From Dicyema japonicum (Eukaryota; Animalia; Dicyemida): a DNA stretch of 64,000 bases. Each line of letters opens with the position of its first letter. Within the stretch, counting starts at the first letter, position 1. A program made the translations under genes and the position numbers. Of the stretch, positions 1 through 11,306 are shown piece after piece. A model generated the notes under the pieces. The model was not told the origin of the DNA. It saw only the letters and a list, made by a program, of their open reading frames with translations, and did not search any database. The DNA lies in contig RDEW01000006.1 in NCBI GenBank assembly GCA_011109175.1, positions 1,254,699-1,318,698 on the forward strand, given 5' to 3'.

Positions 1-54
1 TTGATGATGAGGTAGAGAAATTTAATTACTCTTTTAGGTAATCACGTGGCACTA

Positions 55-485
55 AACTAGCGTTGTTAGGAATTTATGCATCGATTTTCTACTCACCCTA
101 TGACCAGAGCCTGGATCGATCGCAGTAGTTGTCTTCAATCAATTTGATGTCAACATATATGATAATGCGATTCCCAGGAGGCTGGGGTACATTTCATAAA
201 CTGGAATACATTAACTGTCTGAGTGTACTTTGTCATTTTTATGTGCGAACACAGGGTTTTCTAGATATATTATAGCCTTCTATAACTATTGAAAGCACAA
301 CTAATGATAATGTGATTCCAGGTCAGAAACTGGAGAAAAATCAGGATATATTAATTTCAAAAACCCCAAAGGGGCTATGCGCCAACTAGAAAGTACTGCA
401 ATACTAGGAGGACGCGCGGTATGGCGGAAGCAAGCTTCGCAACACACACCCGGCCACAAAAATAAGCATTATATCTTGCCCTTGT
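55..485. repeat. Duplicated block (U2 3' half plus downstream flank); second copy at about 28950-29402
   Basis: Direct near-identical match, e.g. ctactcaccctatgacc...gcattatatcttgccc. Confidence 0.9.
350..364 (-). terminator. Candidate snRNA 3' box
   Basis: GTTTTTGAAATTAA about 14 nt downstream of the U2 3' end; also present at the 29270 copy. Confidence 0.5.
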
Positions 486-559
486 AAGGGCGTCCCAGAT
501 ATAAGCTGGAAAGAACAGATACTACACTTTGAATCTTAGCCAAAAGGCCGAGAAGCGAC
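378..559 (-). ncRNA. U2: U2 spliceosomal snRNA, full length
   Basis: Minus strand reads GTCGCTTCTCGGCCTTTTGGCTAAGATTCAAAGTGTAGTATCTGTTCTT (U2 5' end and branch-point pairing region GUAGUA), then stem IIa, short stem IIb GCCCTTACAAGGGC, Sm site ATTTTTG and stem-loop IV with TATTGCAGTAC. Confidence 0.93.
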
Positions 560-571
560 AGAAGGCAGATA

Positions 572-1050
572 AATAGATAACATGATTTATTCGCAAAACC
601 CCAACTAACTAAACAAGGTAAGAGCCATTAACTAAAGAGGAAAGCCAAGATTTGGGGTCGTCTCTATCGGGGCACTCTCATGAGACACCGTATGTCTCTT
701 CTCCGTAAAAAGCCCCAATTACAATGCGAGTTTCCACAAGCAATGTAATAAATCACCAATTCTTCTCGTTTTTCTTTCGTATTCGTCATCAATTTCAGAT
801 GCTAAATCCAATCCATGTGCTTCAATTTAGTTTCATTTATAATTAGAACTTCCATCTGGATCGTGCTGGCTATAGCAACCAGCACTGAGGCCCGTTTCGA
901 AGAGAACGGGCATTAATCAGGTTATCCTGACTACTTCTGGTTTTTTCGGTGGCTGCCCTCTCTTCTTAAGAGCACCACTCTCTTCTCTGTGTTGAAGCTT
1001 CTACTGTTTCTTTTTTAGAAGGTTTCTTATTATATGTCGTATTCCAGCCA
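572..1050 (-). repeat. Block shared with 60888-61360 (U2 upstream region plus LINE endonuclease N-terminal fragment)
   Basis: Near-identical from acatgatttattcgcaaaacccc to gtattccagccag. Confidence 0.9.
601..625 (-). promoter_or_regulatory. Candidate snRNA proximal sequence element (PSE) of U2
   Basis: CTTACCTTGTTTAGTTAG begins about 63 nt upstream of the U2 5' end; position and CTTACC/TCACC core match metazoan PSEs. Confidence 0.45.
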
Positions 1051-1234
1051 GACAAAAGCTGACATTGCATGTATAAAAATAATTATCTTTCAAGACAGTT
1101 GTCAACATTATCAATACATTTGGCTTGAACTATTGATAATAGTATTCGAATTGCCCTTTTTACTATTTTTATTATATTATTTTAATTAATAATATTAATA
1201 AATTTTATATTTTCGATTATCCTTATCTGTGGTT

Positions 1235-2462
1235 ACTGTTGGGAATATAATCACGAATATCTTAAATGAGTCGATGGAACTTCACTGTCCACTTCCTTTG
1301 GGACATGGAGTCTTAATTCCAATACATAAACCTGGGAAAAAAGAAGGGTCGTTGGACGGACTAAGACCTATTATTCTATTGTTAGTTATAGAGAAAAACT
1401 CATGATTGTTCTAAAGGAACTGCTTGACGAGGACTGCCTGAGACTAATAAGTTTATTACTTTCCGAAACTGACCTATCCGTGAGAATAGGAACAAAGCAT
1501 TCGAAGAGTTTCAGTACCAACATGGGCACTCCACAAGGAGATTCCTTGTCCCCAATTATATTTATTGTTTACCTCGAAGCTGCGCTCAAGGAATTGAGAA
1601 ATGTCATGGGTCCTAAATACCGGGACATAACAGAGTTAATTTATGCGGATGATGTAGACTTTGTGTCTACCGACCAAGAAATACTTGACCAAATTTTACT
1701 TCAAGCCGAACGTATTTTTAAGAATTGGGATTTACGCATAAAAATTAAAAAAACTGATTATACACGAGTCGAACGAGCAGAATCAAGGAACGATGAGTGC
1801 TGGAGACATACCAAAAAACTCGGCTCACTGCTAGGTGATGCTGAGGATATTTGTCGAAGGAAAATGCTGGCTACCATATACTTCAAAAAAATGTACCAAA
1901 TTTGGATAAGGAAAAAACATGTATCACTGAAACTTCGTGTCAGACTATACGACACGTTTGTTAAACCAATTTTGCTATACAATTCCGGAACATGGGCATG
2001 TTCTAAAATTGATTTAGAGAAGCTAGATACTTTTCACAGGAACCAACTCCGCATGTTGATTGGAATTTTTTGGCCGAGAAAAATCTCAAATGAAAATCTA
2101 TATTCACGATGTAAATCCAGACCACTCAGCACCGATGTTATTTTATCGAGATGGCGACTATTTGGACATATCCTCAGACTGGACCAGACTACGCCATGTA
2201 ACGGAATAATGGAAGAATATTTCTACTACGCCGGAAGTTGCGGATTTCGAGGCAGACCAAGAAACACACTTCCAACTTGCTTAAAAGATGACTACGAACA
2301 AAATAGTCGTAAATTGGTGACAGCGGACGATCTGGATGATGTTCGAATGAGAGCCAGGAACAAGATGGCGTGGGCGAGGATGGCGAGGAGGATGGCTGCA
2401 AAACATGGCTCAAGCGAACCCCTTTTAGGGCCACGCGAAAGAGCTCTTAACTAACTAACTAA
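1235..2462 (+). mobile_element. 5'-truncated RTE-clade LINE (RT C-terminal half)
   Basis: ORF 1402-2454 with GTPQGDSLSP, YADD, RWRLFGHILR and RGRP; ends in a (TAAC)n tail. Confidence 0.9.
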
Positions 2463-3572
2463 TTATCCTTGTCTGTGGCACTAACGGGATCTTAGTTAAT
2501 ATAACCTTTTTTGATTCTGTCAAAGTGCTTTTATTAATAATATCCTTATCTCCGTGAAAACCAGGAGTTATGTGATCAACATGTCTCACGTTAGGTCCAT
2601 TGGCATCCAATAAGGATCTCTCATTTTTACATCATGGAGGGTTTCCCACGACTTGGATATGAATTGACTTTTTCTATAGAAAAGACACTTTACTACGATC
2701 TTAGGAGCTGAATTTTATTTGCTCTGCCCCACCAAATCAAATCGACAACTTGTGAGAACGTACGCTTTTTACTGTTCTTGTTAACCACCCGTTTCTTTCA
2801 CTTGATCGGTCATGGTGATAATAAATAAATTGATCTTTGAATTAAAACAGTGGACGAATTAAGCTCCGTCTCAAAAAAATAAGCAGTGTGAAATTCAGGA
2901 ACCCATATTGAGTCTAATTTTAGTGTTTACTGAAAGTGAGGTCACCTATATAGAAAATCAAGAGTGAGACTTAATTCCAGTAAATACCACCTTTGGTAGT
3001 ATTAGTAGTAACCCTAGAAACTTAAACCTACACTCGTAAGGTCTGAGCATTCTTATCAGAGTTTACAAGGATACTTTGTATTAGAAGAGATCAAGAAAAG
3101 GATGATTCTCAGTATATAGCTTTGGAGTATAAAGTTTGCAACGACGTCATCCTTCTACTTGTTCCTATCACGCGCAGGTTCTCGTAGTACATCTAAGTTC
3201 TCTTCCTTTCTAAAACAACTCCAAACCTTTATGAGGTCTCCATACACGACCATCAGTGGGGTGGTCCTTGGTCGTCACGAAATCTGAACTGTCGAAGGTG
3301 GCTATGTTAGCATGGACTTCCAGATGAATCTTAGTCCATTAAGCCTCCATCGAGCTTCCATTATTTCAACCGAGGTTGACGAACACCTCATCCTCTCGTA
3401 CGCTGTTCTGTTTGATATTATGCAGCCCCCGGGAAGAAAATTAGTTGTAAAAATGATTTTATCAATTTCAAAATTCATAAATTTCGTTTTTTTAATTAAT
3501 TTATATATTTGTATAAAAATACATTTTATTCATAAAATAATTCTCTCAGATCGACAAATTAATTATTCTAAC

Positions 3573-4155
3573 ATGAAAATAATAGGTCATTTATGTGTCA
3601 GCTAAAATTAGGCATTTTATTCTTCTGTCTGGGCCTGGTTGTGTCCTTCGGAATATCCATTAGTTTGTATGCCACTGGTAAGCTTTCTGAGTATTTTAAG
3701 GATTCAAGCTATCCGGCAGATGCCCCATGAATCTGTGGTCCCAAGATTACGATTTCAATAGGAATATTGGGCTTCGCGTTCGGGTTTGTTATTTTCTCCT
3801 CTTCATTTGACGCTATCTCTGAAAACGGAAAAAACAAGACCAAATTTGTTGTTGGATGTGATATTGTCCTCTTCTTATTTTCCACTATTGCCTTTCTTAT
3901 GTGCATTTCAAGTAAGCTTTCCTTCCATTTTAAGATGTGGTCTTGATCTCGAGACGACCAGTTGACCCTTTAAACGACAATTTCGCTTTGAGTAACGGCT
4001 ACATCATTGACTCCAAATTTTGTGATTCCACCTCGTATTCCATCATATTTCATTTGTCTATCATACAATCTGCGTTATTGCTTTCTTTCATTATTTACAT
4101 CTCCACGTGGTGTTGGTTCGACAGAAAACAATTCATTAGGCTAACCAGAAGATGA
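3573..4155 (+). CDS. Four-TM membrane protein, TMEM272-like
   Basis: Removing introns 3586-3611, 3678-3700 and 3912-3934 gives MKIIGILFFCLGLVVSFG...GRCP...ITISIGILGFAFG...FCDSTSYSIIFHLSII; one apparent frameshift near 3740. Confidence 0.6.
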
Positions 4156-4379
4156 CTTTACTAATCTGCCTTTATTAACATGATTTTTCTATATTTGAGG
4201 GATATTAGCTTATTTTGGAATCCGACAATTGCATAAGCTCGGTCTCCCTTGTAGGTCTTGGAGTACTTAGTTTCCTGAAGACATTTCTCTTTCCTTAAAA
4301 CAGTGATCCTGGATCAATAAAGGTCTCCTCAGATGTTGGCATCCCGTGGATAATGGCCGCTCCAAGGCCCTGTCGAAAC

Positions 4380-4735
4380 CATGCTTGTTATAAATTTTTC
4401 AAATTCTTTGATGAGGGATATACGGATTGTTTCAACCGTTTCGAATACAGGAAACTTTCGCGTATGATCCACCTGTCTCAGACGCACCAAAAATACGAGA
4501 AATGTATAGTTCTTGGAGTCGGTATGTCTATTGTTTGATTCTGTCCACAGAGGCCCAAACTCATTAAATTTGTAAACCTTCATCTATACGGATGATGTTA
4601 TAATGATCCCTTTGATGATAGCAGATATCTAGCAGTCAAATCTGAAAATTTTACCTCTAACTTTTTAAACCACACAGGGGTTCCACGAGGAGACATAATG
4701 TTCCCTATTCTTTTCGCTATTTATCTTGAGTTGAG
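4380..4735 (+). mobile_element. Degenerate non-LTR RT fragment
   Basis: FDSVH and TGVPRGD.MFPILFAIYLE motifs with stops and frameshifts. Confidence 0.55.
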
Positions 4736-4829
4736 AGACTTCAGTTTGTGGGCACCCTCAACGACTTATTAGTCTTAGAAATATCCATATGTCCAATGAG
4801 AAGACAATTAAAGCCATTGATTGAAGCTC

Positions 4830-5425
4830 TCATCCTCTCAACGTTTCCCATTCAAAGTGGAATAGTGCCAATCAAAATGGAATAGTATCATCCAAAATAT
4901 GACAGTTTCATTCAAAATGAGAATGGTGTTATTAAAAGTGGGACAGTGAATGAGAAATTTTTGTGAGGTGTTAAAAATTAATTTAGATTAATAATATTCT
5001 TTTATTTTAATCTAAAGATATCGGTAAAAAATATTTTTAAAAAATAATTATACTCATGGTGAGCAAGAAAATAGTGTTGAAAAATTAAAACTTCTGGCTG
5101 TTTATGAGGCTGGTGGAGATTAGCAGGATCTTGTAGTTGAATCGGAAATACCAAGCGCAACTGCTTACCGTTGATTTCATTAAAATAAGAACAATACGAG
5201 AGGAGGAAAGGGCCAAGTTACGTCATTGGAGAATATGTGGATGTTCTGATTGAACAAATTGAGCTAAATCTTCTCGTAACGTTGAGGCAAATGATCGAGC
5301 TGCTTAAAGAAAAAAATTGATACAACGATGTAAGTCATCAGTGGCTAGACATCTCGATGTATACCCTAAAGATGCAAGACATAAACCTGAAAAGCCAATA
5401 GTCCAGAGAATAAGAAAAGAATTCA
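4830..5425 (+). mobile_element. Tc1/IS630-like transposon remnant (subterminal repeats and transposase N-terminal HTH)
   Basis: About five 20-21 bp repeats at 4850-4950, then LAVYEAGGD*...TAYR*...RGGK...LIEQIELN..VTLRQM...SSVARHLD...PENKKR across frames. Confidence 0.6.
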
Positions 5426-6094
5426 GACTCAAATGCCTTGAATAAGTGTATGGACTTGATCTCATACCGCTCTATGCCTTCTTCGAATTCTAAGGATCAC
5501 TCTCTTGCTAGTCCGATGCAGAGGTTACTGAGGATATGGATGGACGTGATACTTTGAGTGAACACACTTTCATAAAGTTGGCTCAATATCCACCTAGTCC
5601 TTCCATGTCATTGGTCAGGATCACCTCTGGTTAATCGTTCAATTTCATCATTTTACATAAATACTCTCTCTTTTCAAAAACATCCCAGGTGCGATGAAGG
5701 AAGTCCACTTATATCTACTTTCATCTAGATGGTTTTCCAAGGGAAGAACTCTGACAGAGTTTCTTAACTACTTGATGATATTTTGAGGTCGAAAGATCGG
5801 AGATATATTAACTTGTCTTTATTGAAAGATCGAGAATCACTGGTAATTAGGTAATCTTGGTTTCTCTCAGCAACCATCTAATCTTAGTTCGATGCTCTCT
5901 TGGATCCTTGAATTGTTTGATCTTTTGAGCAGGCACAGTGTGGCATGTATTATCTTGATTCCTTCAACGTGGACATGACCTATTGTATCCCTTAATAGAA
6001 GATAGTAGATCTCTGAACTTTGGAAAATAAAGGAGCAAAAATAAAACAAATAAAGCATAAAATTATAAAGAAACAAAAATACACAAAATCAGAG

Positions 6095-7724
6095 TCAATT
6101 GATGTATTCTAAGGTAGTGTTATCTAAAATAGAATAAAATGTTCACCAATCATCCATCTGACTTGGGTTGGTTTCCCTACACTTGATTCCTCCCCACGTG
6201 TTGAAATTCGGAAGAGAAGAGCAGGCCGTTCAGCTTTATCAACAAAAGCTCCATGAAGCACGCTCATTGGTAGTTCACACTGAGGAAGATTTCCACGATA
6301 AAGTCCTCTAAACACACGCCCACCTTCCCTTGCAAATGCCAAAGAACATATATATCCGTCAATTGGCCCTTCTCTGGGAGGCTCCCATGACAACGAGAGA
6401 GTGTCAGCAGATCTGGATATTCTGACAGATCTCGGAGGCCCAGGTTCAGGCATAGTGTGCACGTGTAGAAGCTGACTCCAAGGACCTGTCCCGAGACAGT
6501 TCAAAGCAGCAACCCTGACGTGGTAATCCGTGTCAAAGAGGACGTTCTGAATGACTGATTCGTTCTGGTACGACATGCGGGTCTCTTCTACCGTGTTTCC
6601 CGCTCTACTAAGGGACACAATATATTGAGCCGCATTCGGAACAGGAGACCAGACAAGGTTGAAACGTGTACTTCCGATGGCAGTGATCTCTAGTGAAGAG
6701 ACTGGATAAGGCTTCCTGAGTTCGAGGAACCAGAAATCATCCAATGGCTCTTCGCCCCGTCCTCCAAAGATGTAGAGTCTTGAAGACTTGGGGCAAACGA
6801 CGGCAGAATGACCAGCACGTGGCCTGGGACCATCAAGTGTTGTGAGATCTGTCCACTGGAAGGTGTCGAACCGGAAGGAAAATAAAGAGCTGGAGAATTT
6901 CTCACCAGAGTTGGGTCTTCCACCGAAAACATACATTTGATCCCCATAAATGCAGGCTGAATGAAGACTTCTTCCAGGAGAGAATCCCCTGAGTATAATT
7001 TCACTCCAAATACACAAATCTTCGTTTAGAAATAAGCTTACGGGTATTAAACTCCCACAAATCCCCCAATCTAGTTCTTCCGTTGTTTCCTCCGAATAAA
7101 TAAAGCGTCTGGTTGTGAGCTACGACGGAATGGGACTCCCTTGGAGAGGGCCACCTCCCACCTTTAACGGGCCGCCAAAAAGGTAGGCTACTAAGATCCC
7201 ACTGGTAGAGATCTTGAAGGTATCTACCAGTAATTCAGACGTTTAACTGATCGTTATTCTTCCCTCCAAAGTAGGCCCCCGAACAGGTAAAACGATCCCC
7301 CACATTCTGTCAGAGAGTGACCTTAAGTGTTTACTCCTCCTTACCGAATCGAGGAATAGGGGACTCGCCTGAGAAGTTAACCTGTTCGCAATGAAAATCA
7401 TCCAGACTGAGGGAATACGTGTCTCCTCTGACTTCATAGAACTCAGCCATTCCACCAACGATGAAAGCCTTCTCCTTCCAGACAGCACAGCCAAAGGCTG
7501 CCCGACATTCAAGGACATCGCCATTCTCTTGGGGAACACTCCATTCACATGTTTCTAGGTTTACAGTAATGAGCACTTAAGTCGAAAACAGTCAGCTTAT
7601 TCTTCATTCCTTCCCAACCTCCCCCAATTATGATAAGCTTGTCGTTATATATTATTGATCGATGCCCGTGACGAGCTTCCGGTCTGTTAGGGATTTCACA
7701 AAAGTTCCAGGCGTTAGTTCTCAT
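6095..7724 (-). CDS. HCFC1: Host cell factor-like protein (kelch + FN3), very compact
   Basis: Kelch motifs RHGHRS..IIGGG, PRESHS, RSLHSA..MYVFGG and RPRAGHSA; C-terminal PALLFRIST...PTQVRW matches the HCF FN3 end; about five introns of 22-24 nt and an indel near 7290. Confidence 0.85.
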
Positions 7725-9284
7725 AAGGTAAAAGGGAAATAATAATTTAAAATTATTTTTTGAGATAATTTTTAAATATTTTTAGACATTATGAATGATT
7801 TTTAAATTAAGGACTTTTTAAATTGTTAGCATTTTAATTCTGATTTCATCAACTTTTTGTTGTTGGTGGTATGTTTTTATGAGGTCCACCAATCAGGGCA
7901 ACGCCAGGTACCAGGAGTATATGAAAAATGACCTTTTCACCTTACGATTCATTGAGTGGTTAAGGTAGAGTCTGAATGCACTCAACAGTGTTCGTGCCTC
8001 TGCGAACTGGATCACTCTAATTAGTTATTCCGTTTATCTCATATACGGGGATCTTTTGACAGATCCACGAGTTCTTTCAATTTTGGGTCGGACGAACCAA
8101 CGTTAACTTCTGATTTCCAGTGTCTCTTAAATACATCATCTCGTCCATGCTCAGGAGAAAAAAGACAAGTGTTTCGTGAAGCTATGTAGACATTCCGCGC
8201 GATAGAATGCATCACCACCTCATACTTCCCACCAATTAACCACCGTTACTCATTTTCAAGTTCAACGATTCTAAAAGTCACCCAATCACTTGTCTCCTAT
8301 AGCTACTTTCTTTATGAATTCTGGGGGTCACTCGAATAAGTTCAATATTCTGATACTTAATTTTCCAACTTCTCTTCATTAATCGACAATTACATTGACA
8401 CTCTTACAGTATCCGCTACTGAATGGTGTCAACATAAGGTGCGTCAACGTACATCTTTTATAGTCCGAGGTTCCTCAATGCTCTTTTCGAGGTCTCCCCT
8501 TTAGATTTTCGTATATCTGACGTTTCTTAATTTTCAGCTTAGAAGAGATTAAGCTAAGGGGAAAGTCTATAAGGAATTGGGCAATTACTAAAACAACCAT
8601 GTGGAAGCGACTTTGAGTGGAGATACGGAACACTGGATTCAAAATACCAAAAATATCCTTGGGACCTCACGGCTCTCTGAAGATGTATTGTTTAAGCAAA
8701 CAACCGCAGAATAGGGGCAAATTCTTGTTGGATCAGTTCTTCTAACTCGTCTTTTGTTTCAGGAGGCTCCCAGTGCGAAGACTTTCTATGCATCTACTAC
8801 CAGGGGGACCAGATACAATTAATTGTTGGTTAACTGCTGACTTCAGATGATACATAAGCTCTTAAACCAAGTAAAACTGAAAACAGGTCACTAAGTTTTA
8901 AGGTCAGTTGGATACAGAGAAAGAACTAAGCACTAAGTGTATCCAGTTTCCACTGTCAAATAAACAGAGTCCATCCAATGTCACACAAGTCCATCCAGAA
9001 CCAGCATAAAAGGTAAAGACGTCTATTCTTTGCAGTAGAGGAAACCCCTATAGTGAGTGGAGGAGAGCAAATGATCATTTTGATCCTCCAACCTAGCACT
9101 GGGTGCCACTTGACAGGTGGAGTACATGACGACGCCACTCTAGTAGAAAGGAGAAAGGAGGAACAGACGAAACAAACAATCTTCACTCAAGCAGCCACAT
9201 GGCAGCAGACTGCTACGTTGATCCATTGATTAACTCTTAATCTCTTTATTATTACTCTCAATCTCTTTCCAGATATTATTATTA

Positions 9285-10828
9285 ATAAGCACACCGCAAA
9301 ACAACGTTAGTAATGTTATCTCGCTTGTACCACCCTCTCCTGGATGCGTTTTGTTAATCGCTTCCAGTTCCCTCTGTTCCTCGATAGGTCCCTCAGATGC
9401 TCAAGATCATCTGCCGACGTCAACCCTTTCCCAATCGAAGTTAGATCTTGATGTAGAAGGGTTGGTAGAGTAATTCGTGGTCTCTCCCGGATGAGGAGTA
9501 TAGTGATGTTAGGAGTATAGTGAGATTAGCGGGAGTATTCATATCCATTCTTAAGATGTGACCAAATAAGCCCCATCTGTTACTTCTTATTTTTCCGTCT
9601 AATAAGTGGATATTGTAATGGGAATGGAGGTGTTTGTTTGAGGTGTGCTTTAGCCGGGAAATTCTTAGAATGTATCTGAGCTGCAATCTATGAAAGGAGT
9701 TCAGACTTTCCGTTATTATTATTGCCCTCAGGATCACTGGGTTAAAGAGAAAGAAATAAAAGCTATCATCTAACTAAGTGATCCAAGACCGACAAATGAG
9801 AGGACGAGTCCGGCTGGGTAGACAATCCTGAACAGCTCTTTTCATTGGACATGGCATCGGCTCAAAATTTCTGTATGATTGTAGATATTTCGATAGTGTA
9901 TGGAATAGAGGGCAGCTCGGTAAATTAGCTCCTTTAAGAGTTTCCGTTGTAATTCGATTAAGAAATTTTCAATGGGCTGGATTTTGTGTTAGGGTCCAAT
10001 TAACCTTATTACAGTCTCCTCGATTGCGGATAGTTTCAATAAGGAAGATCGTGAAATCTGCATTGCCCATGGAGGACTTGCATACGTCATCGTTGTTCGG
10101 ATAAATTGTTCATAAATCGTGGCAAGGCCACCGGTTTGGTCTCTAAGTGTTTTTGAGAGCACTTTTAAAATTCTCATTTTCTTCAGAGCAGAAGTTACTT
10201 TGTTCTCAACATATCGGATAAAGGTGAGTCCCTGATCAAAAATTACTCCAAGAATCTTCGGTGTTTTGTTAATAGGAATAGCTTTGTTTTTCATAAAGAT
10301 TTTTGGTTCGATACAGAGCTGTCTTTTGTAAGTGGTAAACAGCATGACAGAGGACTTTGTTGCTGATGTGTCTAGTCTTTGCTTGAGAGCCTAGTTCAGT
10401 TGTCAAGCATTTGTTGAGCGACTGAGTCGTGATTGTGATGCTTCTGTCCTTGAAGGCGAGAATGATATCGTCGGCATAGGAGAGGATTAGACAGTTTTCA
10501 TTACAGGTTTGGGCATGTCGTTTATGTAGAGATTGAAGAGTTGGGTGATAGTGGGAGCCTTGAACTCCATTTGGAAATAGAGATCTTGATTTGATGTTGT
10601 TGCAGAGTACTTGTGCTCGTCTTCCATTTAGGAAGTTTCCAAGCCAAAGTTTCAGGTTCGGATGGATGTTGGTTTCAAATATTTTCTTTGTAAGGAGTTT
10701 CCTAGGGACTGAGTCGAACGCTTTTGTGATGTCCACGGATATAAGTACTGTTCTCTGATGGGGTTTGGGGAGTTAAATCCTTCCGCAATGAATTGGGTTG
10801 TGAGGTATGTTGTGGTAGACGTTCCATT
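9285..10828 (-). mobile_element. Composite retro-insertion: Jockey-like RT fragment, SINE fragment and RTE 3' end, flanked by a 21-bp direct repeat
   Basis: DITKAFDSV, SYADD and LGVIFD (9990-10740); RWGLFGHILR (9441-9737); tctttccagatattattatta at 9264-9284 and 10829-10849. Confidence 0.7.
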
Positions 10829-11306
10829 TCTTTCCAGATATTATTATTATTAATTATTATGACCGGTTGACTACGATTTCGCCCGCCATTTCCATTATAA
10901 TATCAGATGGTGTCCACACTCTCGTAACGTAGTAAATCAGGTCCTGATAGACTGCAAATCCGAGACTATAATGTCGGCAGGCCGACGGGAGGATAAAATG
11001 GTGGAATTTTCCAAACAGTTCTGTACATTGTACGGTCGTTTATGTCTCTTGTAGACAGCAGACAAACGTCAGTTGGTGTTTCTTGTAAGGTTAATCAATT
11101 CCTCTGCAATTGAAAGATCCCAGAGTGAACGGAGAATGAATACGAATAAGACATAGTGCAATAGAGGTGTCGTCACCACCTAAACCTATATTGATATCCG
11201 AGGTTAAATAAATATTAATTAAAAGACCGAGAATCGTGAATAATTTGTTTTAATTTGAATTTATAAAATAGTAATTTTTTAAATTTAATATAATTTGTTT
11301 TTACTT

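Noticed and set aside
159-222. Box C/D snoRNA downstream of U2
   Set aside because: The C box is TGATAA rather than TGATGA, and no terminal stem or guide could be supported
2550-3420. Penelope-like RT remnant on the minus strand
   Set aside because: Only faint motifs (KDDVV, FLG) among many stops; too degenerate to call
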